Assembly: GCF_000150275.1 (NCBI RefSeq)
Contig: NW_002060965.1
Location: forward strand, 806,001 to 870,000
Length of the DNA: 64,000 nucleotides
Direction: 5' to 3'
Source of the DNA: Trichoplax adhaerens
Taxonomy: Eukaryota; Animalia; Placozoa
The position numbers and the translations under genes were made by a program. Each line of letters opens with the position of its first letter. Positions within the stretch are counted from its first letter, which is position 1. The notes below the pieces were generated by a model. It did no database searches. It had not been told where the DNA came from and was given only the letters and a program-made list of their open reading frames with translations. Positions 39,200 through 52,881 of this stretch are shown here, one piece after another.

Positions 39200-41077
39200 T
39201 CAGAATAATAATTGCTTTTTCAACAACGTTATTTGCTGATCATTAAATTGATATAAACCAGGATAATGTAATCGTTCAATTTCTAATTGTTTCATTAATA
39301 ATTTTATGGCCAATTGGGCGTCTTCTCCTTGCAAATGGAATCGATCAGCTTTTTCACTTTGGTTTAATTTCTTATAATCGGATAAGTAATATGCAGCTAA
39401 ATTGAAATGATGGCCTTGCCAGTAACCACTTAAATTTTGATCCTTAGCGCCACATTGAAATCGAAATGAAATTGGCATATAAGCCATCTTACCAGGGAAA
39501 CATCTCTTTCTAACATTTTCCATTAAATCCAAGGGGAAATTTAAATGTAAGTTATCATATTGCAGTATAATTGAGTTGCCATTACGAATGGATGATAGTA
39601 CAGTATTGAAAGCAGATCTCCTAGCATACAATAATCTTTCAAGGCTTATTTCCACAAATTGATACCTTTTAAGACTGCTATCGTATAACTGAGTTTGTAA
39701 TTGTACACTAGCTTTCGATGAACCAACAACCATTAATGTAAATTGGTCGTCATGAGTATGGTTATAATAACGTTCAAGTTGCCTTAAAAAAAATCGAAAT
39801 GCATTAATATTTTCATTGGCAATCATAATAACAATATAAACGTGAACTTTGTTATTCCACTGTAAATCGACAAGATTACATATTTTATCTGTACTACGAT
39901 ATTTATATAAATATTCCGAGATGCGATAGAGCGGCTTTCTAAATTTTTCTTTAATGATAATATCGACTAGATAACGACTTCCACGCGCACGATCTGATTT
40001 CTGTTCAACACCATGGACATGAACTAATTCAAATTTCCCTTTATTTTTTTTATTAATATGATATAGAAGTGATTCAACTATGCGGTAAGCTTCTTCTTTC
40101 TCGAATTCATGAATGGAATTGCTGACATCATTTCTACTGGCGACAGGATTAAATCTTCCATAGATCTGATGCTGAATAGTGGATAAATAATACATAATGT
40201 TCACTACGTTAACACTCCGTTCAGGTGGTACTACATAGCTTGGACGACCATAAGAGCAGAATTTTAATGCTTCATCCAGATAACGTCGATTTAATCGTGG
40301 TAATAAATGGAAACTTTGATTGAATTTAGCAAGTTGTTCTAGCGACTTAATTGCAATCGTTGGTGTTCGAGGAGAAGTTGAATTGACTGTTGGACTATGA
40401 TGGCGTGAAATTTTGATATAATTGGAAGGTAATGAGATAGATCGTCGCGATATAGTATGATATGTATTGGATGGATCAGTTCGAGACATTTTCCAACCGA
40501 CCTTGATAAATCCTCGACCAGTGGCACGTGTATGTATAGCTTCGATCCAATATTTTCTTCTACTATCTAAACGGATAAAATTGGAAATTTGTTGATGTTG
40601 TTGCTTATTTTGCTTAGATTGGAATAATCGATAGTCGACTTGAGCAATTTTTTTAGCATTATCAGGATTAGTATCGTGACTAAGCCATAGCTCAGCACCA
40701 TCATCAGCAACGATAGCAAATTGATAATAGGATGTCACTTCAGGATGGATATAGCCGAAAATTCTTTGGCCATGACTACCGCCATCAAATTGCGATTGGA
40801 ATTGATCAATGGCTTGACAAACGGTTGGATTATGAGGGAAAGTCGATAGTTTTCTTAAATCGCCTATATGATTAAGACAGTTATCGCTACTTTCCCAACG
40901 ATACAAGCATAAATTGCCTCTTGTATTAACTTCTTGAACGTTTCCTTCATGGCATTGACAATAAGGCATTGAAATTAGATCTTGAGCTCGATTAAATTCT
41001 CGCGTGTAGAGTACTATTAAATATAAAATGCCAATCGATAATAGGATAACCAATTTACTCTTACTAATCTTGGTCAT
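39200..41077 (-). CDS. B4GALNT3/4-like type II membrane protein (PA14 + GT7 fold), paralog 1, degenerate catalytic motifs
   Basis: 625-aa intron-free ORF. N-terminal TM; PA14 signature GQRIFGYIHP..YQFAIVADDGAELWLS; VEQKSDRARGSRYLVD; C-terminal domain has YDNLH and LQGED in place of DLH and WGGED. Confidence 0.88.
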   Translation of the reverse strand: MTKISKSKLVILLSIGILYLIVLYTREFNRAQDLISMPYCQCHEGNVQEVNTRGNLCLYRWESSDNCLNHIGDLRKLSTFPHNPTVCQAIDQFQSQFDGGSHGQRIFGYIHPEVTSYYQFAIVADDGAELWLSHDTNPDNAKKIAQVDYRLFQSKQNKQQHQQISNFIRLDSRRKYWIEAIHTRATGRGFIKVGWKMSRTDPSNTYHTISRRSISLPSNYIKISRHHSPTVNSTSPRTPTIAIKSLEQLAKFNQSFHLLPRLNRRYLDEALKFCSYGRPSYVVPPERSVNVVNIMYYLSTIQHQIYGRFNPVASRNDVSNSIHEFEKEEAYRIVESLLYHINKKNKGKFELVHVHGVEQKSDRARGSRYLVDIIIKEKFRKPLYRISEYLYKYRSTDKICNLVDLQWNNKVHVYIVIMIANENINAFRFFLRQLERYYNHTHDDQFTLMVVGSSKASVQLQTQLYDSSLKRYQFVEISLERLLYARRSAFNTVLSSIRNGNSIILQYDNLHLNFPLDLMENVRKRCFPGKMAYMPISFRFQCGAKDQNLSGYWQGHHFNLAAYYLSDYKKLNQSEKADRFHLQGEDAQLAIKLLMKQLEIERLHYPGLYQFNDQQITLLKKQLLF

Positions 41078-42600
41078 GACGACTGTTTGGCTTGATGCTT
41101 TGATGATCTCGGTAAGAATAAGTTTAAAATTGAATAATTATCCTTTCACATACGTCGTTTATGAAATGGACAAGCTGAAGGATTCAATTTAATTCATGGT
41201 TACTACCACTTTGTCATTCTTGCTAAATCCAAGCGATCATAACGTAAGATCTACTGCAATCTACTCAAAAATTGAAGAAATAAAAAATAGAGCCAATCAG
41301 TCACAGTTATACTGTTGTAATGTAACTTAGTATTGTGATTGTAGACTGTTAGCCATGTTTAGTATAATATACGGTAGATATTTATCCTAAGAGATATTTG
41401 GTAGCCATAACTATAGACTGTAGTAGTATAAACTCTATGCTAGAGTACAAATGACTATATACAGTAAGGTGTTGAGTTATTAATAAGGTTCTAGGTAAAA
41501 ATAGAATCGTAAATCATATATTAGGATATGGTTAATTTATTATACTTTGGTCGGTGTGAATAATGTCTACATAAATACTGTATTCGTATCCATATCAAAT
41601 TAATGATAGTCCGCAGTAGAATAGTGTTACTAAGAATAATTTAACCATGTGTAAAATAAGGTAAAAGGTTGCCATACGGATTGTAGCTGCCAATGTTACG
41701 AAAAGTATAAAAGCATGCAACTTTCGATTATTCTATTCGTTCGTTGTAGAAGTCTTTAGTAGTAGTATTCGGCTAGAGTAGAGCTGTGTGTAGTTAATCT
41801 TTGTATACGATTCAATAAAGCCCTAATTTTTCTAAAATTGGGAATTTCGTGATCGGTATATATCACAACTGTACTAGTATGTACACAGAGAAATAATAGC
41901 AGCAATTCTACAGATATTTTTTAACTACATTATTGAAGTCATGTATAGAATAGAAAAGGGAAGAAAAATGCTATAGTTAGAGTAGGATAATTCATTGGAA
42001 AAAGAACAAGGTCATTAATGTTTGATCTGGTTGAACAATAAAAATCAAAACAAAAACTAGTAATTCTGCTGATTCTCTAATACAAGAAATGAAAGAAAGG
42101 AAATAAAAAGAATAAATATCTTTAATTCTACTGAACTTTACCTACAATTACGACATAACATGGCCTAAATCGAGTTGTTCTATTCAATTTTGTATGACTG
42201 AATAATGATTATCTGACTTGAATAGATTTAGCTATCCAAAACAAATTGAATTATCAAGGGTATTTTTCCATATAAAGTTTTCAATGTCTTTTGCTTTTCT
42301 TCCCTACTATTTTAACGTAAATCAGGATAAATTAATCATCAACGGCGTTTACTGTATTTGACATTCGACCCAACTATCACAAGACTACAAGAAGCATTTC
42401 AAATAGGATTAATTGTAGCTTATTTCCTCTTCATCAGATAGCAATCGGGTAAGAGAAACGGACAAGAATCATTGTTGAACAGAGAGTACAGTAGTAGTCA
42501 ATTTTTCTTTCATTCGCTTTCTCTCTCTCTCGTGGTAAAAGGTTTTTAAACGCTATAACATTGAAACAGGGTGTAACTTATACTTTATTTAGTCGATCCA

Positions 42601-43929
42601 TTAGGCATGAAATAATGCTAACCGATTGATTGGCTGTGCATAAGATGTCATTGAAATTCTTGGAATTTTACGAGAACAATTTTGTAATTCAATTAGTGAA
42701 TAACATTTAGCAATACGAAAGAGATGGCTGTAGTTTAGCGTTGGTCTTCGCCAATAACCAGATTGATACTGTAACGAATTTGATGATAGTTTTATCATTT
42801 TGATACTATCCTAATGTAGATTAAATAACAGCAAAGGTTATTTTCATTGATCTATCTACTAAAATTTTCGGTTAGTCTAAAATGTATCGATGTTAACCTA
42901 TACCCAAAGAATGACATTTGGCAATAGATTTAAATATTTTTTTCAATGAAAATAAATTACTTTAGATGGACAACAACTTTTGCTAACGATACTTTATGTT
43001 GACGATATTGGGTGTTAATTTAGTTGGGGGTGATTCAATTGGGAAAGGTATGATGATCGATACCATAAAATACAAAAAAAGAAAGATGCCCTGTCGGTCG
43101 ATTAGCATTGATATAAGGCCTATCGTATTTGCCAACATGGTTAGAACTCCAAACAAAATTACATCAAAACGGCCAACATCAAAGAAAAAGTGCTGAGCCT
43201 TTAACAACTACCGATTGTTCATGGCCACTTCGTCACGTAGACTGATAGTATAGCGGTTTTCAAGTTCTTTATGGGATTTTAATGACTGTTGAAGCTATCG
43301 ATTTCCACGATGAAAATCACAATTAGAATGTTTCAAAATAGAAACGGGAGACATTTATCGAGCGAAAAATTCAATGATAAATGATGGTGATAAAGTCGAT
43401 AATAATAAAGTTATAAAATGACTACCGTTATTCTAGCAAGATTTTTTTAGGTAGACAATATGACTAGTTTTGCTGACTGAGATTGTTGCAGTCTTTAAAG
43501 TAAAATAATTCTATATCGCTATCCCATTAAGGCTATGGTAGCGGAAACGGGATAGGCTATAAGTGTGACATCGATTAATGTATATCAGGGATAGCGTAGG
43601 ATAATTGACTGCCTATCGATGTTGTCAAGTGAATAAGAACTCATTTTATCGTTAGGAAAACTTTGGCCAGAGACTTTAAGAGAAAAGGTTATTTAACGGT
43701 TATCTATCGCTATGATAGAACGCAAAAGGATAGTACTTAAAGTATTTTTCTTACTTACATGTAATATTGAATATTGTATAAAATGTTCAAGCAGAAAAAT
43801 TGAAGAATTCAAGACAAGCGAGATGGGGCAAAACGGACGACCGGTAAACCCTTGGCGTACGACTATCTTTTCCACTGTTAATTTTTCTTTGAAGTCTTTT
43901 TTTCTCCTTTTCTTCCTTTCTTTAATACG
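42601..43929 (-). CDS. Candidate small spliced membrane protein gene (orphan, start not found)
   Basis: Three open segments (43929-43759, 43198-43064, 42810-42601) are bounded by AG/GT and join in phase 0. The middle one is strongly hydrophobic. No family recognised. Confidence 0.3.
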
Positions 43930-44649
43930 CTAGAGTAGCCTAACGCAAGTGATTGAAAAGTATTTAGTCGTTATACTACCATTAATTATATATTAGTGTT
44001 GGCTAACAGTAGGTGAAGAAGACAATCAAAGTTATTACGATAACAAGGGCGTTCAGATTAAAAGAAAAGAATACAGTTATTTTTTTCCTGCTCTTTTTTA
44101 ACTCAGTAAAATAACATTAGGGTAATATCCTTATTATAATGTTAATGCATAAAACTAACAAAGGTATTATCCATTTTTCTACTCTTCTAATTGTATTGTT
44201 GTATCCAATTTTATTTGCATAAATAATGCCAAGCAAAACGATCCAAATGAATAGATGATTATTGACAACTTTTTTACTAGCACAGTGGACAGATGACTCA
44301 CAACTTGGTCAATAAACTGCAGTTGTTCTTATTAATATCAATTGCTGGCATTAAAGCCTATCAAGGTATAATTCATCGCTAACGTCAATAAAAACCATAT
44401 GCCACTGACAATGATGTTCTAGCAGTAATTTATACCACTACAAGTCCATCATGATCTCAGCGTGCCTTCTTGGAGCTCTTTGATGATATCAAGAATATTT
44501 TCTCACCCCATCGACGAAAATAATATTCAAAATGGTTGATTGCTACTGTTAACCCATTTCATCCCAGATGATAGAACCCATTCTACATCTTGGCCTCGCT
44601 AAACTACCTTACGAAATAATGAGTATATTCTTTCTTCAATCACTTCCTT

Positions 44650-46820
44650 ACCAATCCATGATCCATAAACCGTTATCGAGTTCATTTACGGAAATGAAAT
44701 TGCGCTTTCCCTACATTGGAATTTACACGTAGAACTATCAATTCCGTCATTAGACGTGTACGGAAATGATCACTATACAGTATAATTAATGCTTCTTTAT
44801 CGACCATGTCCTTGTCAATCTAGGATCATCATACTAGATCACTAATGCTTCTTTTAATAATTCATTAGACTGTTGGCGAGTTTATTTACAGAAATGAAAT
44901 TACTTCCTTCCTACGTTGTATTTTATGCGTATGTAGAACTGTAAATTTCATCTCTGAATGTGTCAGAAAATCCTACTGTATCATTTATGCTCCTTGTTCA
45001 TCCCCTGTCTTACCAATAAATAATCCAAAAGTAGTTATCGAGTCTATTTACGGAAAGAGAATTTCTTTCTTACTACACATTAGAACGATAACTTATACTA
45101 CTAGATGTGTATAGAAATAGTCATGATAGAATCCACCATACTCCTTCATCCATCTCTTCTTTGCCAGTAAACAATCCATAAGACTGTTATGAAATTGACT
45201 TCTTCCTCTATTACAAGGCGTCATACTTCAGTTTATGATTATAAATTCTATCCGTATATGTATAATTTATATGCCCCTTCTTCAATCGCTTATTAGCCAA
45301 TACATAATATAGAAGACCGTTATCAAGTATGGAAATGAAATTGGTTTCCTGCCATGTTGTAGTTTATGTAGATTATAGCGTATGGATAGAAATGGTGATC
45401 ATCAAACTCACGCTCTCTTTTTAATTACATCCTTGTTAATGAGCGTATAGGATCCATAACGCTGCTATCGAGTCCATTGATGAATACGAAATGGCTTCTT
45501 TTAGAACCTAAAGCTTATTCCCACCCCGCTGAGCTAGAGGAACAGATTATATATAACAATCATTTCTATCACAATACGACATACGTATTCGCATGTCTGG
45601 AAATGATGATCATAACGCGCTGTCTTCCATAAATTCTTTACCAATAACTAATCGATAACACTACTATAAAGTGGCTTTATGGCAATCAAGTTGCTTTCTT
45701 CTAATCCGCTAATCCAATCGATTACTTTATAAACCACTTTACCACTTTGTGCACGTGAAAATAATAATTAACATACAACACTCTTTCTTTCAAAGCACTT
45801 TCTTGGCAATAAACTTATCAATGCTATCGAGTTTGTTTACAGCTGTGAAATTGCTTCTTTCTCTTCAATTGATCCAATGACATTGTAAGCTACTATAGCA
45901 CGATACTCTTTCTTCCAAGCTACTATCCCAGCAATAAATGACCAACGACTTGCTATCGTATTCATTCACGGCAATAAAACTGCCTCTTTCTGTCCTGTGA
46001 TCCAATAGATTATAAACTATTCTACCACTTTATGTGAATGAAAAGAATGAACAAGTAACACTTTCTTTCAAGCAACTATCCTGATAAAAAAAGTTACCAG
46101 CAACATTGCTATCGAGTTCATTGACGACAGTGAAATTGCTTCTTTCTATCCTCTTGATAGATTATAAACTAATCTACCACTCTATATGCGTATGAAAAGT
46201 AAGAACAAACAAACTCTTTCTTTCAAGCTACTATCCTGGCAATAAATTGCCAATAACCCTGCTATCTCTTAACGACATTAAAAATTGCTTCTTACTATTC
46301 TGTTGATCCGATAGGCTATAAACTACTATATCTTGAATGCCTATGAAAATAATAACCACTCTTTCTCCCAAATCACTAATCATGGCAATAAATTGTCAAC
46401 AACCCTGGAATCAAGTCCGTGTACAGAATTAAAAATGGCCCACTTCATTTTCGTTGATCCAACTGACGACTCTAGATACCATCTAATGAGTGTGTAGTGT
46501 AGGCGAAGAGAAATGACAGAGGAACAGACTAAATACCTTATTCCTTCCTCAATTGATTCAGTCTATTACCTTACAAGTAGCTACTCGCATAACATGAAAA
46601 TAATCATCACTAAAAACGTATTGAACTTACAACGTATACGGAAATTCAGCAGGCAATTGCTGTTTAATGGATCCAATGAATCCTTTCCACACAATTTTAG
46701 CTACCACACGCAATCGATCTTCGCACAATGCTTTTCTCCTAACTAAATCTTGACAATAAAATGTCAATAATACGATCATAGAGTTCATAGGCCGGAACAA
46801 AAAATTGGCCTAGGACGACG
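44650..46820. repeat. Degenerate tandem array A (~130-200-bp units, mode ~155 bp, ~12-14 copies)
   Basis: Core (t)gctatcgagttcatttacgg.aatgaaattgcttcttt recurs at about 44674, 44875, 45036, 45188, 45321, 45466, 45665, 45825, 45954, 46110, 46263 and 46410. Confidence 0.8.
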
Positions 46821-46949
46821 ATAACTTCTGCTTTAGTTGATATAATTGAACGTACTTCTTGTTTTAACACTTAAAATTTATCCACTGTCAAGTGTAATAA
46901 TAAGCTGGCCTCAATGTAAAAATATCATTGGACAACATAATATAAATAT

Positions 46950-49900
46950 ACTCATCCTACATGACAATGACTTAATTGGATTCTACTTTATTTTTCTTCT
47001 ATACTCAAGTTCAATATTAGGATTAAGATTCACAATATAACTTATTCTTAATCATGAGTTCTTTCAGTCGTGAATGATAATAAACACCTCGTTGATCAAA
47101 TTTTAAATAGGTCGAAAAATGATATCATGAATGGTACATTAATTTCCAACAGCTTATGATGTCGTTGGAATGGAATCAATTTCATCGCTACTCAGGTTCA
47201 ATATTAGGATTGAAACTCCTAACATAAATCTTTTGCCAATCAACCAAATTGGTCAACGATAAAATCATGAGGATAAACAATTGATTGACTCACTGTTGAA
47301 CAGTGTAGATTATCCTTCATTCACTTGGATAATTTACAATGTTTCAATAGCATTTTTTTTTTCTACGTTAATAATCAAGTTCAATGTTGGATTTAAAATT
47401 CTTCGCGTGCGTTAATTTATAATCGGCATAATCTGCCTGGGATAGCTATAAGAATAGAGCTAACAATTCATGAATTTATTGTACCGATATTTCTATCCTT
47501 CTGCGGTATTAATTCGGATCGTTTACAACAATTTCATTTGGCTCTACTCTCCATTTCTTCAAAGTTAACAAGTTTAATCCCTAGAATGTTATTATATACC
47601 ATTATTTATGAACTGGCTACAGTACCGGTATTTAACGGTATATCATTTTCTCATCTACTCCGATATTTTACAAGGATTTTCTCATAGTTGATTTTGTCCA
47701 GTTTTCTTTAATGCTAAAGTTGAATATTAACATCAAGATTTATAGGCCGTAATTTATTAACTCCCTATTTAATGATCTATCTTCCCTCATCTACTCTGAT
47801 GGTTTACAATGATTTAATAGATTCTACCCTCTCTTTCCTCAATGCTAAAATTGAATATTAGGATCAAGGTTCATAGTATTTATCGTCTTGCTATTTAATG
47901 GTATATCGTCCTCATTAACCGTGATGGTTTACAATGATTTAATTACTTTTACCCTCTTTTTCTCAATGCTAAAATTCAATATTAGTATTAAAATTCGTGC
48001 AATTCATCAATTTGCTGCTTTGTGGTATAGTCCTTTTTCATCCACTGCAGTGCTTACAATAATTTAATTGTTTCCAACCTTATTTTCTTCAATAGTAAAG
48101 TTCAACACTAGGGTTAAGATTGATGGGATAATAATATGTTTCTAATCGACATGATTTAGAAAGGACAAGTGATGGGAACTCGTAAACAATTCGTGAATTT
48201 AATGAACGTTTAACCTTATATTTATCCCCTTCCATTCGAATAGTTTATACAGATTTTAATTGGATTCCATTCTATTTTTTATTACTCAAGTTCAATATTA
48301 GGATTGCGAATCATAGCATAATTTATTTCCAAAGGAAGTAATTTGTCAGGAATTACTCATAAGTAAATAATAAACAGTTCATTAACTTACGTTTAAACAG
48401 CCTTCCTTCTGCTCTATTTGCACGCGTTGTTTACAATTTTAAAATGATTTCCATGAAATCCATTTTATTTTCTTTAATATCTCGATACAATATCAGAATT
48501 AAATGCTTATAGTATCATTTATTTCTAGAATAGGCCAACTTGCCAAGGGAGAACTTATATGAGCATTTACTCGTTTAAGTTACTGCTTAACGGTATATCT
48601 TAATCCTAGATGCACTTGAAGGGTTTATAATGATTCAGTTGGATTTTACTCCATTTTCTTCAATTTGAATATAAGAGTTAAAACCCTTGGTATAATTCAT
48701 TTTGAATTAATGTGGCCCGATAAGGACAAGTCAAATGACCACCTTTGATGCTTTACGAACTCCGTGTTAATAGCCTATTTTACGCCTAGATTTATTTGCA
48801 GAAAAATGACAATGACTTAAATGGACACTACTCTCTTGGCATTCATATTCTAGTTCTATATTAGGGTTATGATTTATGACCTAATTAATTTTGCGTGATA
48901 CAAACTGACATAACTGAATAAGTCATAAAAACATCATTAGTGATTCATTGATTAATAAGACTATTTATTAGTGGCTTATGACTCACTGATTACTAAGATC
49001 ACCCATTAACAGTTTACTACAGATAGTTTAATATTTTAGCTTAGATCTACTTGCAGAATTGACAACAATTTAATTTGATTCTACTCTGTTGACTTTGATT
49101 TCCAAGGACTAATAAGATTCAAGGCCTGATTGAATTTTAATCGATACAAAATGACAAGTCATAATAAGATCATTACCGATTTACTGAATCTGTGTTTCAT
49201 TAATGGCTTACTTTAATTTACACGTACTTGTAGTATATGAGTGTGTAACAATAATTTCATCGGGCTCTACTCATTGACTTTAATGTTGAAGTTCTTTAGT
49301 AGGGTTAAGACTTATGATGTAATTGATTTTTAATCGAAACAAGGATATGTCATCCGAATATGCTTGCTAAATATTTTTATCTCATGGCCTATTTTAACTG
49401 AAGATACGCGTACACTCATATTATTTACAACAGTTTATTAATAAGAGTCTACTCTACTGACTTAATTATTCAAGTTCTACCTTGAACGCGCTAGTATTAG
49501 GTTTCATGACATGGCTGATTAGCAATAGATATAAACGAACAATGTATAATAGACTTTTTTAGCCTAGATTTACTAGTAGAATTGACAAGGATTTTAATGG
49601 ATTGTACTCTATTGACTTTAATATTCAAGTTCTATATTACGGTTAAAATTTATGCCCTAATTGATTTTAATTAACGTAATCCAATAAAAATAAATCAGAA
49701 GAACATTATCAACAGCTCATTAATTTAATGCTTAGTTATATGTACTATAGCGTATATAAATATTACCGCGAGTAGTTGACAACGATTTTAATTGGATTCT
49801 ACTCTATTTCAATTAATGCTAAGTTAAATATTAGCATTAATGCTCATAGCGTTGTTCATTAGCAATCAATATTGTTCTATCAGATTCATTAGAAGCCCAC

Positions 49901-50200
49901 TTATTTTTTAACAGCTTAAGTCAAATATTAGGATTATTACGCAGCTCATTATTAATCAATATCATCTGATAACCTTAAATCATAGGTATATTCGCGTACT
50001 AAGCATAACACGATCTAATAGTTTCATACTACGCTAAACAAATTTGCATACATTATGGCATTATGCCTAATTGGGTTCTACTATTATTTTCTTAATACTA
50101 CAATTTCAATATTAAGATAAAGACTCATAGTGCAATTAATTTCTAATCGGCACCTTCCGATAAGTTATAAGAACGTTATAAATAATTCAATGACGGACTC
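46950..50200. repeat. Degenerate tandem array B (~185-bp units, some ~125 bp, ~19 copies)
   Basis: Core acaatgatttaattggattctact...caagttcaatattaggattaaga recurs at about 47006, 47192, 47376, 47561, 47715, 47845, 47969, 48096, 48285, 48481, 48661, 48850, 49101, 49288, 49471, 49626, 49819, 49917 and 50101. Confidence 0.8.
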
Positions 50201-50255
50201 TTTCATGATACTGTTTGTACTGAACAGTATATTAATGCTTTCCGAACACCATTCT

Positions 50256-50797
50256 TGATGATCGCATAGCCCGTACTATCAAAGGAGTATAAGAAACTTG
50301 CAAACGTGTATTGAAAATAACTGATCATGACCGCAAACCATAAGGATAATTGCATAGCCGTAATGTACTATCAAAAGAGTATAAGAAACCTGTAAACATG
50401 CATTGAAATAACTGATCATGGTCGTAAACCATGATTGGAGACTACATAGTCGCAGTGTACTTTCAAAGGACCACAAGTTAGCCTGCAAACATGCATTAAA
50501 AATAACATAACTGATCATGGCCGTAAACCATAATTGATGATTGCATAGCCACAGTGTACTTTCAAAGGAGCATAAGAAACCTGCAAACATGTATTGAAAA
50601 ATAACATAACTGATCATGACCGTGTACCGTAATTGATGATTGCATAGCCACAGTATACTTTCAAAGGAACATAAGAAACCTGCATACATGTATTGAAAAT
50701 AATGGATCAAGGCCGCAAATTATAACTGACGATCGCATAGCCACAATACACTATCGAAGGAGCATAAGAAATCTGCAAACATGTATTGAAAATAACT
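50256..50797. repeat. Tandem array C (88-99-bp unit, ~6 copies, well conserved)
   Basis: gcatagcc...tactttcaaaggagcataagaaacctgcaaacatgtattgaaaataactgatcatg; unit marker at 50264, 50352, 50444, 50543, 50642 and 50735. Confidence 0.93.
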
Positions 50798-50914
50798 ACT
50801 TTACAAGTAATCAACTACTAAGGTTTTCTTTCTCGTGATTGACTATCGTATGGTACCAGCTAGCTATTCTCTGATTGATCATTTTCCAGGCAATCGGTAG
50901 GTTAGCTAAAGCAT

Positions 50915-51300
50915 CAAATTGTAAAACATAATGGATGAAAGCAAAGGATTTAACTGTTCAGTAGGTGTCAAAACTGTATTACTGTATTTCCTTCTCATCA
51001 TTGATTATAAATTAAGTAAAATATTCAATTGCATCATCAGAATTATACAACGACTGAAATTTAATAGGATCTTTTTAATCATTTCTATCAAAAATGATAT
51101 TGTATTGGCTTTGCTATTTCTTGCTTATCATTTACTGTATAGTTAGTAGAACAGCTAAAATATCAGATTGTTCTTACATAATGGACGGAAAGCGAAGGAT
51201 TTAACTACTCATTAAGTAACGAAACCGTCATTTCTTTCTCATGGAGTATAAATTAAGCAGAATGTTCAATTACTGTATCAGAATTATACATTAGCTGAAA
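50915..51300. repeat. Diverged two-copy direct repeat, ~249-bp offset
   Basis: atgga..gaaagc.aaggatttaact...tataaattaag.a.aat.ttcaatt....atcagaattataca...ctgaaat begins at 50932 and 51181. Confidence 0.8.
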
Positions 51301-52881
51301 TAATTCGGTAATAGAACAGACTCACAAACTAAGAACGATTCTCAAGATATCATTGAGTTTACTATTAAGGTTAATAAGTATAATAAATCGTGATACTTTC
51401 ATACTATTTATTTATCATAAGATATATTATAGCCCAAGCACTATAATCGATAACATTTTAGCCTTATCTAAAATTTTATACCTCTAATTCTTTTTATCTA
51501 TCTTCGAATAGCATCTAAACTGATTAATACTTTACTCGAAAGAGTGAATTTACAACATATGTTAACGCAGTATATCCAAATTAGAGCAATAAACACGACA
51601 ATTTCTTTTAATCTCAATATTTAATTATAAAATGTAATTTTTATTAATCAAGTTAGTGTTATAAGCGATATTAATGTTATAAAGTATTCAAGTATTGCCA
51701 ATTAATACCGTCAGGAATAAAGTAAAGTTAATAAATATTCAATGGAGTACTATTTACTTAAATTTTAAAAGTGGTATAAAAACTATGTAACTACAGCAAA
51801 TTACATTATTTAATCTAGTTTTACGCGTAGATTTAAGCTATAATTGAATAAGATTTTATAAATAGAATAGAAATCAAAGCTTTAGTCTACTATAGATTAA
51901 CCACATAAATCAAGTAGTATCATATAGTTGGTCAGTTTTAGATTCTAGTAACGTATTTAACCCGGTTGATTTGCAGAACAGTAATAGCTGTTCTAGTTAA
52001 GGCTTTTTCATGATTCATTGCACACAACAGCTATACCAAATATTTGAAATAATCAATCTTTCTGAATTTGTTTCATTTCTACCGATTTTAGTTAAATTAC
52101 TATTCTAGTTAGAGCTTAAGATAGGCGGTCATTGGGATAAGTAAAATCATACCATACTGTCGGTATGGACCACAATTACTCTAATCTATATCTGCTTGAA
52201 CTTTTACAAGTATTTTAATTCGTCTTCATGAAATCATACAGCCTGCGTTAATCATAACTGCTTTTCATTCTATTTATACAATGCATCAAGAATAAATTAT
52301 ATAAATATATATCCTTTCGTCATTTTGATATTAATATGGGAAGCAAATAAAAATGTTATTACTTTACTACTAAGATGGAAATATGAAAATAATGTTTTTA
52401 CTTTTATACCCAATAGAAAAGATAATTGTCCAGAATTTTACTAATACGGAGTGTGCATAACTTACTGTTGGAAGGGATTTTTAATGACTAACAAAATTGA
52501 TAGCAATTGCACCTTAATTAATCACGATGATTAACCACGTAAAATATCAGATCAGCATTGTCCTATATGGACATGAAGTTCTACTTGGACACAAGCTAAT
52601 TTAAAATAGTGTAATCTTCCTTATTTGTTCTGTAGAACCTCAACAGCGATTGTATCATAATCACTGTTATTAATTAATGCTATTAACTGCATAGGATATC
52701 GAATTGGCAATGACCTAGTCCATTTCGTTGTCATTAAACGTAAGTTAATTTAAGATGGTGTAATCTTTCTTGTTCCAATAGTCCATTGAGGGAATCTGCA
52801 ACGATTGCATGATCATTGCTATCATTAACCGCCCGAGATATCCAATTAGTGCGGCCTATACCCGGATAGACTGATATTTAG

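Noticed and set aside
44650-50797. CRISPR-like repeat/spacer appearance
   Set aside because: Eukaryotic context, degenerate repeats, homologous spacers and no cas genes.
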